A stretch of DNA of 43,466 bases, taken from sequence record OM272052.1; one strand, 5' to 3'. Source of the DNA: Escherichia phage fBC-Eco01. The notes beneath the pieces are model-generated. The model searched no databases. It was not told the DNA's origin and saw nothing but the letters and a program-made list of their open reading frames with translations. How positions within the stretch are numbered: the stretch's first letter is position 1; every line of letters starts with the position of its first letter. This document shows, piece by piece, positions 16,051 to 26,896 of this stretch. Both the position numbers and the translations under genes were made by a program.

Positions 16051-18379
16051 TGTAGCTAGTTTAGTTGTAAAGGTATCAGAGCAAGGCGCGAAAGCTACAT
16101 CGGACCGTCTTGATAATCTCTCCAAGTCGGCAAAAGTAGCGGGGGCAGCCGTAGCTGGACTCGCTTCAATTGTCGCCGCGACAGCGTACAAGGCCGCACA
16201 GGAACTGGTAGACTCCCAACGGCAACTGGACAAGATGTCCGCCAGCCTGAAAACGCTAACCGGAAGCACGCAGGGGGCAAGACAGGCGTTAAGCATCCTG
16301 CAAGACTTCGCGCGCGACACTCCGTATGGCCTTGAACAGGCGGTAGAGGGATTCCGTAAACTGGTGGCTCTCGGCCTTACCCCCTCAGAAGAAGCGTTGC
16401 GCTCCTATGGCAACACTGCCGCTGCTATGGGTAAAGACCTTAATCAGATGATTGAGGCCGTTGCGGACGCTAGTACATTTGAATTTGAGCGCCTTAAAGA
16501 ATTTGGTATCAAGGCCAAGCAGAACAAAAACGATGTTGAATTTACATTCCAGGGCACCACTACGGTAGTTAAGAAGAGCGCTGCCGACATCGAGCAATAC
16601 CTGCTCAACATTGGTAACGTAAACTTCGCGGGGGCTATGGCGGACCAGGCCAACACACTTAACGGGGCCATCGCCAGTGCCAGCGACTCATGGTCGCAGT
16701 TAAAAATGACACTGGCCACCAGCCTTGATGTTGGTGCTCTTGCGGAACCTATCCGGTACATCGATGATTTAATCCAGGAACTTAACGCACAGGTAGCATC
16801 CGGCGAACTCACCGCTGAGATGCGTATGTGGGGTGACATCGCGTCAGAAGTGGGCAGCGCGATAGAGATGTCGTTCGACGCGGCATTTGGTTTCGTAGGC
16901 GACGCAATAAACGGGCTGAATGAACTTTGGGATTTTAGCAGTAAAAGTATCACCGACAGCGGCGAACAAACGGCGACAACCATCGCGGAATCAGCTGCCG
17001 ATGCGCTCGATTTCATCGCAGAAGAATTTACCGCGATGGAGCGCTTCTTTGAAGATATGGTTAAAGGGGCACAGGACGCTGGCCGGTTGGTGAAAGCTGC
17101 CTTCACACCAGGGGAATCTGTAGACGTAGCAAAAAACATTAACTTCCAGCTAGGGATGGCACTGGATACTCAGCGCGATGTTGCGGACCTGACCCGTAAA
17201 AGTTTCCGCGAACAGGTGGAGGCCCAGCAGAATATCGTCGCGCTTAAACGCGCGGCATATGACATCGACAAAGAAGCTGCTAAGGAAGAAGGGCTTAGTA
17301 AATTTAAGGTAACTGGTACTGGTGGCGGGCCTGAAGATGATAATGCTGGTGCAAAAGCCTCCAAGAAAGCGGCGGACGCGTTCGAGCGCCAGAAGAAAGC
17401 CGCTGAGGATTTCTACTACCAGTCGATTCATCTCAATGATGACGTATTCCAGAAAATAGAAGCCAACCAGGAACAGCAGCTAACCAAGCTACAGGAGTTC
17501 TATGGTAATCAGCTTCTTAGCGACCAGCAGTACGAAAACGCCAAGACGCAGATTATGCTGGAGGCTGACACCGCACGTCAGGAAGAACTTGCCAAGCGAG
17601 AGAAAGAACGACAGGAGAAGAACCAGAAAGGTGAAGACTTCATGGCTCAGATTATGGGTCAGAATGCCGCAGAGCTTGAGCTTCTGGAGATTCAGGAACA
17701 ACAAAAACTGGACGTTGCTGATAGATACCGTGAACAGAATCTGATTAACGAGGAGCAGTACCAGGCAGCGGTTAACGCGATAAACGACCAGTACGCATTG
17801 AAACGTGCCAACGCTACCGGTAACGCTTTTGGCATGATGGCGGACAACATTAAGTCATCGCTAGGCGAGGCGTCCTCCGCGTATAAAGCATTCGCTATCG
17901 CTCAGGCCACAATAGCCACATACACATCCGCCATCGAGGCTTATAAATCTGCGTCCGCGATTCCTATTGTTGGTTGGGTGCTTGGTCCTGTGGCCGCGGC
18001 AGCAGCAGTAGCAGCAGGTCTGGCTAACATCAGCAAGATTCGTTCGGCCCGTGAGCAGGGCGGTAACTTAGCTGCGGGTCAGTTATCCACCATTGCAGAA
18101 CGTAACAAGCCGGAAGTTATTATGCCTGCGGGGGCGTCACGCGTACGTACCGCGGAACAGATGCGCCAGATTATGGGCGAGAACGGCAACAAGTCAGGCG
18201 GTGACAGCGTGACAATCGTCAACAACACCACCGGACGAGTTGATTCCGCCGTTACAGAGCGTGACGACGAAGGGCGGTTACGTGTTATCATCAGTGAAAC
18301 AGTATCGGCGGCGTTACAAGACAGCAACAGTGCAATCTCCAAGTCCCGCCGGGCTACACGAAACCAGCCGGGGTATTAA
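16043..18379 (+). CDS. tape measure protein
   Basis: 778 aa, Ala/Gln/Glu-rich coiled-coil composition, hydrophobic Gly/Ala-rich segment near C-terminus; follows G/GT chaperones. Confidence 0.85.
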   Translation: MADVASLVVKVSEQGAKATSDRLDNLSKSAKVAGAAVAGLASIVAATAYKAAQELVDSQRQLDKMSASLKTLTGSTQGARQALSILQDFARDTPYGLEQAVEGFRKLVALGLTPSEEALRSYGNTAAAMGKDLNQMIEAVADASTFEFERLKEFGIKAKQNKNDVEFTFQGTTTVVKKSAADIEQYLLNIGNVNFAGAMADQANTLNGAIASASDSWSQLKMTLATSLDVGALAEPIRYIDDLIQELNAQVASGELTAEMRMWGDIASEVGSAIEMSFDAAFGFVGDAINGLNELWDFSSKSITDSGEQTATTIAESAADALDFIAEEFTAMERFFEDMVKGAQDAGRLVKAAFTPGESVDVAKNINFQLGMALDTQRDVADLTRKSFREQVEAQQNIVALKRAAYDIDKEAAKEEGLSKFKVTGTGGGPEDDNAGAKASKKAADAFERQKKAAEDFYYQSIHLNDDVFQKIEANQEQQLTKLQEFYGNQLLSDQQYENAKTQIMLEADTARQEELAKREKERQEKNQKGEDFMAQIMGQNAAELELLEIQEQQKLDVADRYREQNLINEEQYQAAVNAINDQYALKRANATGNAFGMMADNIKSSLGEASSAYKAFAIAQATIATYTSAIEAYKSASAIPIVGWVLGPVAAAAAVAAGLANISKIRSAREQGGNLAAGQLSTIAERNKPEVIMPAGASRVRTAEQMRQIMGENGNKSGGDSVTIVNNTTGRVDSAVTERDDEGRLRVIISETVSAALQDSNSAISKSRRATRNQPGY

Positions 18380-18382
18380 CCA

Positions 18383-19795
18383 ATGAGTGATTTGAGATTC
18401 CCTATGTCCCTTCGACCAATAGTGTCGAAGGGGTACTCCCAAACGCGAGGGAGTAATATCTGGCGTACAGAAGTGCAAGGTGGCGTGCCTCGACAGGGGC
18501 GTGATACATACTTCGAACCGGTACCTATTAGCGTTACCCTGGTCGTATCGTCACTAGGCCGTCAGGCTTTCTATAGCTTCCTGAATAACATAGACGGCGG
18601 GGCATCTTCGTTCATCATGCCTCATGATACCGGTTTAGGTATCGAAGACCACCAGGTTCTTATTACGTCTGATATTAGCGACAGCACAGACGACGGCAAG
18701 AACTGGGTCATTACGTTTACGGCTACAGCAGAGCGCACAGCAATTCAGGAAGACACATGTCTTACTAAGAATCTGCCAGATTTGTATGGTTGCTACGGGG
18801 ATTGTCTGGGTAGTTTCCTGAAAATATACGCGAACTATGAGACTACGTTCCCGCGCATCTGGAGCGATGAAGGGCCCGCAGGATACCCGCCGATTAACCT
18901 TCTGGCGTCCGCCCTGGATAGCCGCATTGTGTACGACGGGCCGCAGGTTTATTACATCAATCGCAACGGAAATCTTGTGCAGTCCGCCACTAATGAATGG
19001 CCTCTTACGTTTATTGATGGTGTTGCGGTTGGGCGTGTGCCGCCGGAAAATATGGCGGAAAATATTTTGCCGGATAGCCGTGATTTGAATGGCGCAAATT
19101 GGAATCTTCGCGGTAGGATTATAACGACGCCAAATACTGATATGTTGTTTAACGGTGTTGAGTCTTCTTCTCTTATACCTACCACGGCGACAGGGTCGCA
19201 CTATATAGGAGGTGCTATACCATTAGCACCTATTGGCACAAAATTAACATGCTCTGTCATCGCCAAAGCAAACACGGCATCGACTCTGCAAACTCTATAT
19301 TTTGGCGGATCAACTGGCGTCTCAGAATTGTACGCTAATTTTGACTTGGAAGCCGGGGTCGTTTCCGCAGGAAGTGCAGAGGATAAGTTAATATATCCTC
19401 TTGGTAATGGGTGGTACTACTGTGCCATGTCGGTAGTTATTACCGGCGATATGTCGGTAAATAGACAATTCATAATATCTCCCGCGGCGTCTCCTTCATC
19501 TACAAGACTCGCCTCATTTACAGGGGATGGCGTCCGCGGCATTTTAGTAGCACACTCACAAGTTGAAAAGTCAGAATTCTCCACATCCCCGATAGTAACA
19601 GAAGCATCGCCGGTGGCCAGACCTACAGCAACCGCAAAAGTAGTAATGAACGGTGCAACAAGCATTGATATTACATATTCAGACGGCTCTGTGGTAAACG
19701 TTCAAGCTGTTGATGATTACGCCGCCATCCCCCGAGCGGATTCGGCGTGGGGCAGTAAATATATTACTCGTATTGATTTTAATGTGGACGGTTAA
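18383..19795 (+). CDS. minor tail protein, gpM-like N-terminus with long C-terminal extension
   Basis: N-terminal motifs GYSQ...SVTL...SFL resembling lambda gpM; total 470 aa. Confidence 0.55.
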   Translation: MSDLRFPMSLRPIVSKGYSQTRGSNIWRTEVQGGVPRQGRDTYFEPVPISVTLVVSSLGRQAFYSFLNNIDGGASSFIMPHDTGLGIEDHQVLITSDISDSTDDGKNWVITFTATAERTAIQEDTCLTKNLPDLYGCYGDCLGSFLKIYANYETTFPRIWSDEGPAGYPPINLLASALDSRIVYDGPQVYYINRNGNLVQSATNEWPLTFIDGVAVGRVPPENMAENILPDSRDLNGANWNLRGRIITTPNTDMLFNGVESSSLIPTTATGSHYIGGAIPLAPIGTKLTCSVIAKANTASTLQTLYFGGSTGVSELYANFDLEAGVVSAGSAEDKLIYPLGNGWYYCAMSVVITGDMSVNRQFIISPAASPSSTRLASFTGDGVRGILVAHSQVEKSEFSTSPIVTEASPVARPTATAKVVMNGATSIDITYSDGSVVNVQAVDDYAAIPRADSAWGSKYITRIDFNVDG

Positions 19796-19798
19796 TTT

Positions 19799-20314
19799 AT
19801 GAGCCAGGAATCTGTAGAAGCAGCCTACCGCCGTAAGCTGGCCTCAAATCCCGACGGCGAAATTGACTACACGACGCTGGAGATAGTACACCCGCTTCTT
19901 TCAAAGCGGTATTTGCTTGTGCGCGGAACTTCCGACCTGACGGCGACGTTAGAGACCGGAGAAGTCGTAACGTTTGAGGCTACCCCTATGGAGGCTAAAG
20001 GGGCCGCCAACAATAACGACATGGACCAGCGGGCGTCGTTCGCATTACCTGATATTGGTAACCAGTTAGATGATGAGATGGACAGGATACCGCCTGATAA
20101 TACCGTGCTACCTAAATTCATATTCCGCCGTTTTGTTGGTACTGATTTGTCTTACCCGGCTGATGGGCCTGTTGTGTACGAGTTGCAGTCGATAAACCAG
20201 GAAAAGGGGCTATTTACCGCCGACGTTGGCGTTCCTATGTTGAACCAAAGGGCCACTGGTGAACTAATGACCCCTTCAGTAATCCCATTGTTACGGGGCG
20301 TTTTGTCCACATGA
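19799..20314 (+). CDS. minor tail protein (gpL-like, putative)
   Basis: 171 aa; position between gpM-like and NlpC/P60 tail genes. Confidence 0.5.
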   Translation: MSQESVEAAYRRKLASNPDGEIDYTTLEIVHPLLSKRYLLVRGTSDLTATLETGEVVTFEATPMEAKGAANNNDMDQRASFALPDIGNQLDDEMDRIPPDNTVLPKFIFRRFVGTDLSYPADGPVVYELQSINQEKGLFTADVGVPMLNQRATGELMTPSVIPLLRGVLST

Positions 20315-20676
20315 ATATTAATTCTTATACAGGGTTGCCGTACGACTTTCGCCGTCGTAATTGCTGGCACCATGTCCGTAACGTTCGTGCGGATGTAGGC
20401 CTCTTTACGCCTGAGTTTAACGTCGCTTCGCCAACACAGATTAACGACGCCTTCGAAGAAGGCCATAAAGATACTAAAGGCCTTGTACGCGTAGAAACTC
20501 CGCAAAACTTCGATGCCGTGCTGATGGCAACACGGCACAGAAACCGTGTAATCTGGCACGCCGGAGTATACTATGACGGTATGGTTAGTCATTGCGAGCT
20601 GGCGAGTCGCCAGGTACGGTTAGACCGTCTGGAAGACTTGCGCGAAACTTATGCGGAGATAGAATTTTGGCGCTGA
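20311..20676 (+). CDS. tail protein with NlpC/P60-like cysteine peptidase motifs (gpK-like)
   Basis: 121 aa; candidate catalytic Cys in RRNCWHH and His in IWHAGVYY. Confidence 0.6.
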   Translation: MNINSYTGLPYDFRRRNCWHHVRNVRADVGLFTPEFNVASPTQINDAFEEGHKDTKGLVRVETPQNFDAVLMATRHRNRVIWHAGVYYDGMVSHCELASRQVRLDRLEDLRETYAEIEFWR

Positions 20677-23222
20677 CATTACATTACACCCGTAACGAAG
20701 ACGGTACTTTCGACCGCGAACGGCACAACGTACCGCCGATGGAATACGTCGTCGCTAACATCCCCGACGGGGTGCCTGTACGTATTTACCGTGGCGAGAT
20801 CGGCGAGGACACGGAAGTAACTGAAGATTTCGAAGCGCTGAAAGAAGACGATGTTTTCCATATTATCGAAGGCGCTGGTGGCGGTGGCGGTTTTCTGGGT
20901 AAACTCCTGGACCCTTTGGGTGTGCTTAAATTTGTTACCAAGTTGATTTCTCCGTCGCAGAAAACGCCTAAAACGAGTTTAGCGAACCAGCAGGCTGAGT
21001 CCCCCAACAACAGCCTGACGGACCGAAACAATAAACCCCGTCCATATGAACGGTCGTATGATATTTGCGGCAGAGTCCAGACTATCCCTAATGACCTCAT
21101 GACTACCTATAAAATATTCGATGAATCTGGTCGCATTATTGAATACGGATACTACGATGCCGGTCGTGGGTATCTGGACATCAAGGCCGAAGATATTACC
21201 GACGGCGATACTAAGGTACAGGAGATTACGGGGACCTCTGTCGCGGTGTACGCGCCGTTTACATCCCCCAACAATACAAATACCCCGCAGCTTCTGGTGG
21301 GGGAACCTATCAATCAGAATCTTTATATAACTATCGCGTCTAATGAAGTAGATGGAGCCGTTCTTAAAGCCCAGAACGATATTCGGGTCAACCCAAGCGA
21401 CACGGGCCGCGTGAGATATGACTCTGCTACAAAAATTGGATACCTGTATGACGACACGGGGGATTCTGGCTTCGCGGAAATATTATCTGTTGGTGACACC
21501 GCGTCGTTCAATAACTTTGACGTTCCGGACGTAACAAATACCAACGGCAACTTTCGTGTTCTTTATGTCGATAACTTCGAGCTGCGGGTCGACACCGGCG
21601 GCGCGTCTAATTGGGCTGCTTTAGGCTCAACCACCTATTCACTTTCCCAGAGAAGTGACACGTGGGTAGGCCCCGTGGATACGTATGAAAGAACATTAAC
21701 CGACTGGACCACCTTAAACCGCCTGGAAGTTGAACGCGTAGTAGCCAACATCGCTGCCGCTAACGGTATGTATAAAGACAACGGCAGTAAATTGCGTACG
21801 TCGGTAACTATTGAACTCCAATACCAACTACTCGATGAAACCGGTGCCCCATACGGGAGTATCTATTCAAAACAGGCAGTTATATCTGGTCGGTCCGCCG
21901 ACTACACCGGAGTTACTATTTACGCCGACTTGCCCGTTCGGTCGAAAGTTAGGGTACGCGCCCGCCGTGTAACTAATCTGGACCTCGATTTCGAGGGTAC
22001 CGTGGTAGATGAGGTTTCCTACATCAACCTTTACGGGCAGGTCCGCGACACTACGCCGCATTACGGCAATCGTACTACCGTACACTCTGCACGTAAGCAG
22101 ACGCCGCGGGCCGCAGAGATTAAGCAACCGCAACTACGTATGGTCGCGACGGAGATGGTGTACAAATACCTCGGCAACGGCGTATTTGACGCGGTTATGA
22201 CACCTAATACCCAAGCCGTTCAGTCATTAATACGCCTGGCGCGGGACCCGGTAGTAGGAAACCTCAATCTCACCAAGGCTAACATGGATAAATTGCTAGC
22301 GACTCAGACCGAGATTGAGAATTATTTCGGTAACGTGGAGGCGGGTCAATTCTGCTACACTTTTGACGACTATAAAATGACCATGCAGGATATCATCAGC
22401 ACAATAGCCGATGCTATTTTCTGCACTCCATATCGTAAAGGGCAAGACATATTACTGGATTTCGAGCGCCCGCGTATGGGGCCGGAAATGGTATTCACAC
22501 ATCGAAGTAAGACAACAGCTTCGGAAAAGTGGACGCGCACATTCAACGACGCTCAGGTATACGATAGTCTTAAGTTCTCCTACATCGACCCAGATACTAA
22601 CGTAAAAGAGACCATCAGCATTCCCGCCGAGGGCGGTGTTAACACAGAAACGTATGACTCTAAAGGTATACGTAATTATCGTCAGGCGTACTGGGCGGCG
22701 TACCGTCGGTACCAGAAGAACCTGTTGAAGAAGGTGACGGTATCATTCACGGCGACAGAAGAAGGGGTTTTTGTGCTTCCAGGACGGGCAATAAGCGTAG
22801 TTAAAGGCTCGCGAGTAGCACCTCAAGATGGTTATGTCGTTGCCGTTAATGGGCTTACCCTTACTCTTTCTCAGCCGGTTACGTTTACTCCGGGGGATGA
22901 CCACTCACTGATTCTTAAGAAGAGAGACGGCGGAGTTCAAAGTGTTGCTGTTGTGCCTGGAAGCCACGACCGTGAAGTGGTTATGCTCTCTGCGCCTCAA
23001 GAGGCGATATACACAGGGAATAGCGCACTAAAAACTGAGTTTTCATTCGGTAACGAAGCAAGGCATAATGCTCAGATGATTCTTGTTTCTACAGTTGACC
23101 CCGGAGACGACAGAACGGTTAAGATTACCGGGATTAACTATGAAGCAGATTTCTATAAATACGACGGCGTCGCGCCATACGGCAGCGGTTTCTCCGACGG
23201 ATTCAGCGATGGTTTTAATTAA
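20667..23222 (+). CDS. tail tip / host specificity protein (gpI-like N-terminal domain fused to gpJ-like body)
   Basis: TTG 20667 with RBS GGAGA at 7 nt; Gly-run GAGGGGGFLGK as in gpI-type tail assembly proteins; 851 aa. Confidence 0.6.
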   Translation: MALTLHYTRNEDGTFDRERHNVPPMEYVVANIPDGVPVRIYRGEIGEDTEVTEDFEALKEDDVFHIIEGAGGGGGFLGKLLDPLGVLKFVTKLISPSQKTPKTSLANQQAESPNNSLTDRNNKPRPYERSYDICGRVQTIPNDLMTTYKIFDESGRIIEYGYYDAGRGYLDIKAEDITDGDTKVQEITGTSVAVYAPFTSPNNTNTPQLLVGEPINQNLYITIASNEVDGAVLKAQNDIRVNPSDTGRVRYDSATKIGYLYDDTGDSGFAEILSVGDTASFNNFDVPDVTNTNGNFRVLYVDNFELRVDTGGASNWAALGSTTYSLSQRSDTWVGPVDTYERTLTDWTTLNRLEVERVVANIAAANGMYKDNGSKLRTSVTIELQYQLLDETGAPYGSIYSKQAVISGRSADYTGVTIYADLPVRSKVRVRARRVTNLDLDFEGTVVDEVSYINLYGQVRDTTPHYGNRTTVHSARKQTPRAAEIKQPQLRMVATEMVYKYLGNGVFDAVMTPNTQAVQSLIRLARDPVVGNLNLTKANMDKLLATQTEIENYFGNVEAGQFCYTFDDYKMTMQDIISTIADAIFCTPYRKGQDILLDFERPRMGPEMVFTHRSKTTASEKWTRTFNDAQVYDSLKFSYIDPDTNVKETISIPAEGGVNTETYDSKGIRNYRQAYWAAYRRYQKNLLKKVTVSFTATEEGVFVLPGRAISVVKGSRVAPQDGYVVAVNGLTLTLSQPVTFTPGDDHSLILKKRDGGVQSVAVVPGSHDREVVMLSAPQEAIYTGNSALKTEFSFGNEARHNAQMILVSTVDPGDDRTVKITGINYEADFYKYDGVAPYGSGFSDGFSDGFN

Positions 23223-23234
23223 AGAGGACTCTAT

Positions 23235-25259
23235 ATGTCAAGCGGATGCGGTGACGTTTTAAGCCTGGCGGATTTACAAACCGCCAAAAAACACCAGATT
23301 TTCGAGGCTGAGGTTATCACCGGTAAATCTGGTGGCGTTGCAGGTGGTGCAGATATCGACTATGCCACTAACCCGAACACCGGCCAAGTTCAAAAAACTA
23401 TGCCAGCCATTCTGCGCGATATTGGGTTCGAACCAGCGTCTTTTGATTTTACATCTGGCGGTACTCTTACCCCGAACGACCGTAACAAGGCGGTTTTATG
23501 GCCTATGGCGGATGGTGGTGATGGCGACTGGTATTACTGGGAGGGCACGCTGCCGAAGGTCATACCAGCCGCGTCTTCACCGTTAACGGCTGGAGGTATT
23601 GCCGAGGGGGCATGGCGGCCTGTGGGGGATATCACGCTGCGCGAAGAGCTTCTTGAGTCTGTTTTGGTTATGAATGGTGCTCGATTTGCCCTTCGAGACA
23701 TTCATTCTGCGCTTGATTTTGCGGGTGTAGTTGCTGATGGCGTGACTGATGTGACTACCGCACTGCAAGCGGGCATCGATTCCCTGCCCGCCGGTAGCGC
23801 TCTGCTGTTTACAGGCGGGACATTCCTGTTCGATAAGGTCACGATTAGCAAGCCACTCACTGTAACCGGCGACGCAGAGATGGTTCACAATGGGTTTCGA
23901 ATTAAAACCAGTAACTTCACATCCACCCTGCTTGGCAAGCAGCAAAGTCGAACCTACGGCAGCCAATCACGTTGTTTTGAAATACGTGCGTATGAAGATG
24001 CTGCTGATTACGAAAACATCAAGATCCTGTTCAACGACATGGCGGGGTTCTTCTATTCGACTGATTTTCGCGGTCGTGAATATTCAGCCGCACCAAACGA
24101 CCCCGCCAACAGAGTGGTAAAAAATACGCTGATTATGGGTTGCACCTCAACGGCCCCCGCCGGTCAGGCTGCTGGTAACTACCAGCACATAGGCATAACT
24201 AACGCCAAGTGCATAGGTAACTCAGCCTATAACGGAGTAAACGCCTCAAGCTACAACTTTATAAACGGCAACGGGTATCTGATAGTTACCGGGAATTATG
24301 ACGACAACAACACCTACGGTTCGCTTGAGATAGAAAACAACCTAGTTTCTCATGCGACGATCTCAGGCAACACATTCAAAAAGCAGTTGTGGGTAGACGA
24401 TACAAGCAACGTCTCCATCGTCGGAAATACCGTGTCAGACAGGATTTTCCTTACTGCGCAGAGTAATGATACCGATAACATTACTGTGTCGGGGAATACC
24501 TGCACGAGGCTGTCAGCCACCACATTTGGACCGATTGAGGAGCAAATAGGGAGGCATAAAGGGATTCATGTCATTGGTAATACGTTCTATGGTGAGGCGG
24601 GGGTTAATGATATCTTTGCCGATGGTCACGTTGATTGCATCACTATTGAATCCAATGCATTGAATGGGGTCGATAGTAACGCCATCGCATTGGTGCGCAG
24701 CCCAACATGTAACCACATGGTGCGTAATAACCGCAGTAAAGTGACTCGCGCCTTGGCAATCTCCGGGTCTGGTGGCCGGGTTGTTGAGTATGGCAACGAC
24801 AATATAACCCTTTCTGGTACGTCCGAAAGTCATCACATCTCAAACCTCATGCAGCCAAGTTTAGATTTTCTTGACCTGCCTGGGCGTTACCTGCACAGCA
24901 CTAAGTACACGGGGTCTATCGCGCCGCTCGGCTCTGCCTCCCTATCCCTGCCAATCCCAGATAGTGCTGGGCTGGCATTCAGGGGGGTGTCACTGTGGGT
25001 GATGATAAGGGATGCCGTGACCAATAATATATCTATCTACAGAATTGATGGTGTATACAAAGCCGTTGGGGCTTCGATACAGCTGTCTTTTAGTACGCCC
25101 TATTCGGCATTTGGTGTCGACACTGCATCGATTAATGTTGCTAATAACGCTAGCACATCGAATAGCATCAATATCCTTGTGTCTAACACTCATGTGACGA
25201 AAATATTACAGGTTACTGTTATGCCTGAAGTGACAAGCAAACTTGGGACTGAGGAGTAA
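23235..25259 (+). CDS. tail fibre / tailspike protein with parallel beta-helix-like repeats
   Basis: 674 aa, RBS AAAGAGGA; recurring xGNT/xGNx repeats (ISGNTFKK, VGNTVSD, VSGNTCTRL, VIGNTFYGE) typical of pectin-lyase-fold tailspikes. Confidence 0.6.
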   Translation: MSSGCGDVLSLADLQTAKKHQIFEAEVITGKSGGVAGGADIDYATNPNTGQVQKTMPAILRDIGFEPASFDFTSGGTLTPNDRNKAVLWPMADGGDGDWYYWEGTLPKVIPAASSPLTAGGIAEGAWRPVGDITLREELLESVLVMNGARFALRDIHSALDFAGVVADGVTDVTTALQAGIDSLPAGSALLFTGGTFLFDKVTISKPLTVTGDAEMVHNGFRIKTSNFTSTLLGKQQSRTYGSQSRCFEIRAYEDAADYENIKILFNDMAGFFYSTDFRGREYSAAPNDPANRVVKNTLIMGCTSTAPAGQAAGNYQHIGITNAKCIGNSAYNGVNASSYNFINGNGYLIVTGNYDDNNTYGSLEIENNLVSHATISGNTFKKQLWVDDTSNVSIVGNTVSDRIFLTAQSNDTDNITVSGNTCTRLSATTFGPIEEQIGRHKGIHVIGNTFYGEAGVNDIFADGHVDCITIESNALNGVDSNAIALVRSPTCNHMVRNNRSKVTRALAISGSGGRVVEYGNDNITLSGTSESHHISNLMQPSLDFLDLPGRYLHSTKYTGSIAPLGSASLSLPIPDSAGLAFRGVSLWVMIRDAVTNNISIYRIDGVYKAVGASIQLSFSTPYSAFGVDTASINVANNASTSNSINILVSNTHVTKILQVTVMPEVTSKLGTEE

Positions 25260-25320
25260 ATCAAATTGCATTTAAAACCATCCACATCCTAGGCCGTGGC
25301 GACTGGCGCACAAATAACTA

Positions 25321-25345
25321 AGCCCTCATAAGAGGGCTTTACTTT
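25321..25345. terminator. intrinsic terminator between convergent tail fibre and replication genes
   Basis: AGCCCTC-ATAA-GAGGGCT hairpin with T-rich flanks. Confidence 0.5.
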
Positions 25346-25469
25346 ACCTTAGACACCTATCAAGCCGTAGCGCGCCAAGCACCCCGCCAACGCGCACGAT
25401 AAAACCCCTACGTTTTGTTTCAGCCCATGTGAAAATACCGGTTTCAGGGCCGTATGATACCTTGCTCAT
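25344..25469 (-). pseudogene. HNH homing endonuclease N-terminal remnant (41 codons)
   Basis: ORF MSKVSYGPETGIFTW... overlapping helicase stop (ATGA); N-terminal motif matches the two intact HNH genes but the HNH core is absent. Confidence 0.4.
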
Positions 25470-26896
25470 TTCTTACTCCTACGTTTCATATACTCAAGGA
25501 GGATATCCTGCACCTGTTTTTTCTCGTCTGTGCGTGAAGTGACAACAGAATCCAACGTATCTTTAGCAATAATCTTGTAGATAAAAACAGGCCGATTATA
25601 CCCCGATTGCTTTTGCCGTACTGGCCCTATGCGCTCTACCACCTGTAAATAGTGTTCGAGGTTCCACCCCTGACTGAAAAACGCCATATGATGGCCGCCG
25701 TCTTGTAGCGATATGCCGTGGCCGGCTGACGCGGGGTGGACGCATAAGATTTCAATTTCACCACGGTTCCACGCTTCCATCTGCTTATTACCCTTCGCAC
25801 CTTTGGCAAACGCCTGTGCTTGTGGGAATCGCTTAAGGATACGCTCCAGTTCGTGCTTAAACTGATAGGCCACCAGTAACGGCGCGCCCTGTAGCTCCTC
25901 AACAATGGACTCAAGCGCATCAAGTTTCGTGTCGTGCACTTTCTCCCAGTCTTTCGATGCCTCGCCGTCCGGCCCGGACACATACACGGCACCGGATGCA
26001 ATCTGCAAACACTTCGACGTCTTCGCTGCGGCGTTAGCGGCTTCAACTTCTCCGCTCTCCAGTTCTGCGAATAGCTTCTCCTCCATATCTATGTACGCCT
26101 GACGCGCTTTCTTCGGCAGGTCGATTTCGACCGGTACAATAATCGGCGCTTCGCAACCGAACCACTCGGCGGCGTCAATCGTGAGACTAATGTCCTTCAT
26201 CTTCTGATGAATTTCATTATCCGCACCCGGGCGGGCGTGGTACTCGCGCGCCATAGCCGATTTGCCTTTCTGTACCGAGTTAAACCAGCGGTCGGTGAAT
26301 GCTGTGTACGAAGAACCGAGGCGCTCACCCGCGTCGATAAACCAGTTCTGGCCCCACAAGTCCTTGAGGCCGTTTGGTGATGGTGTACCTGTCAGGTTGA
26401 TGAAACGCTTAACCTTACCGAACGCCACTTTACTAAGTGCCTTTGCCCTCTTGCTACCACCTGAACGGCTGCGGAACGATTTCAGCTTCGTGCTCTCATC
26501 AGCAACGATAACCGTAAAAGGCCAGTCGTCTTTGCCGTAGTAGTCAATAAGCCACTCGATAACTTCGTAGTTCGCGCACACCACGTTAGCGTCCGACTCC
26601 AGCGCCGCGATGCGGCGCTTCTCTGAACCGGTCGCATCTACGACGCGCAGACACGGGAAACCCCACTTAGTTTGTTCTGCGGGCCACGTACCGGAGGCAA
26701 CGCGCAACGGGGCGAGTATCAGCACTCGGTCGTCGTCCGTAAGTTGACCGTTGCGGAACAGGCGGTTAAGAACCCACATTGTCGACGAGGTCTTGCCGCC
26801 GCCCATACCGCACCAGATATTGCAACGTGGGTGCTGTAGCATGAACGAAGTCATGAGCTTCTGGTACTCTCGACGGATAAATTTAGACATGTTCAA
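25466..26896 (-). CDS. superfamily II DNA helicase (SNF2/DEAD-like)
   Basis: 476 aa; Walker A GMGGGKT, DExx-like VADEST motif. Confidence 0.8.
   Translation of the reverse strand: MNMSKFIRREYQKLMTSFMLQHPRCNIWCGMGGGKTSSTMWVLNRLFRNGQLTDDDRVLILAPLRVASGTWPAEQTKWGFPCLRVVDATGSEKRRIAALESDANVVCANYEVIEWLIDYYGKDDWPFTVIVADESTKLKSFRSRSGGSKRAKALSKVAFGKVKRFINLTGTPSPNGLKDLWGQNWFIDAGERLGSSYTAFTDRWFNSVQKGKSAMAREYHARPGADNEIHQKMKDISLTIDAAEWFGCEAPIIVPVEIDLPKKARQAYIDMEEKLFAELESGEVEAANAAAKTSKCLQIASGAVYVSGPDGEASKDWEKVHDTKLDALESIVEELQGAPLLVAYQFKHELERILKRFPQAQAFAKGAKGNKQMEAWNRGEIEILCVHPASAGHGISLQDGGHHMAFFSQGWNLEHYLQVVERIGPVRQKQSGYNRPVFIYKIIAKDTLDSVVTSRTDEKKQVQDILLEYMKRRSKK

Noticed and set aside
16444-17139. 231-aa minus-strand ORF inside the tape measure gene
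   Set aside because: Antisense to a gene with strong positional and compositional support; low-complexity Ser/Ala-rich product; no start-site signals.
18635-19201. 188-aa minus-strand ORF inside the gpM-like tail gene
   Set aside because: Antisense overlap with a supported tail gene, Arg-rich composition, no RBS.
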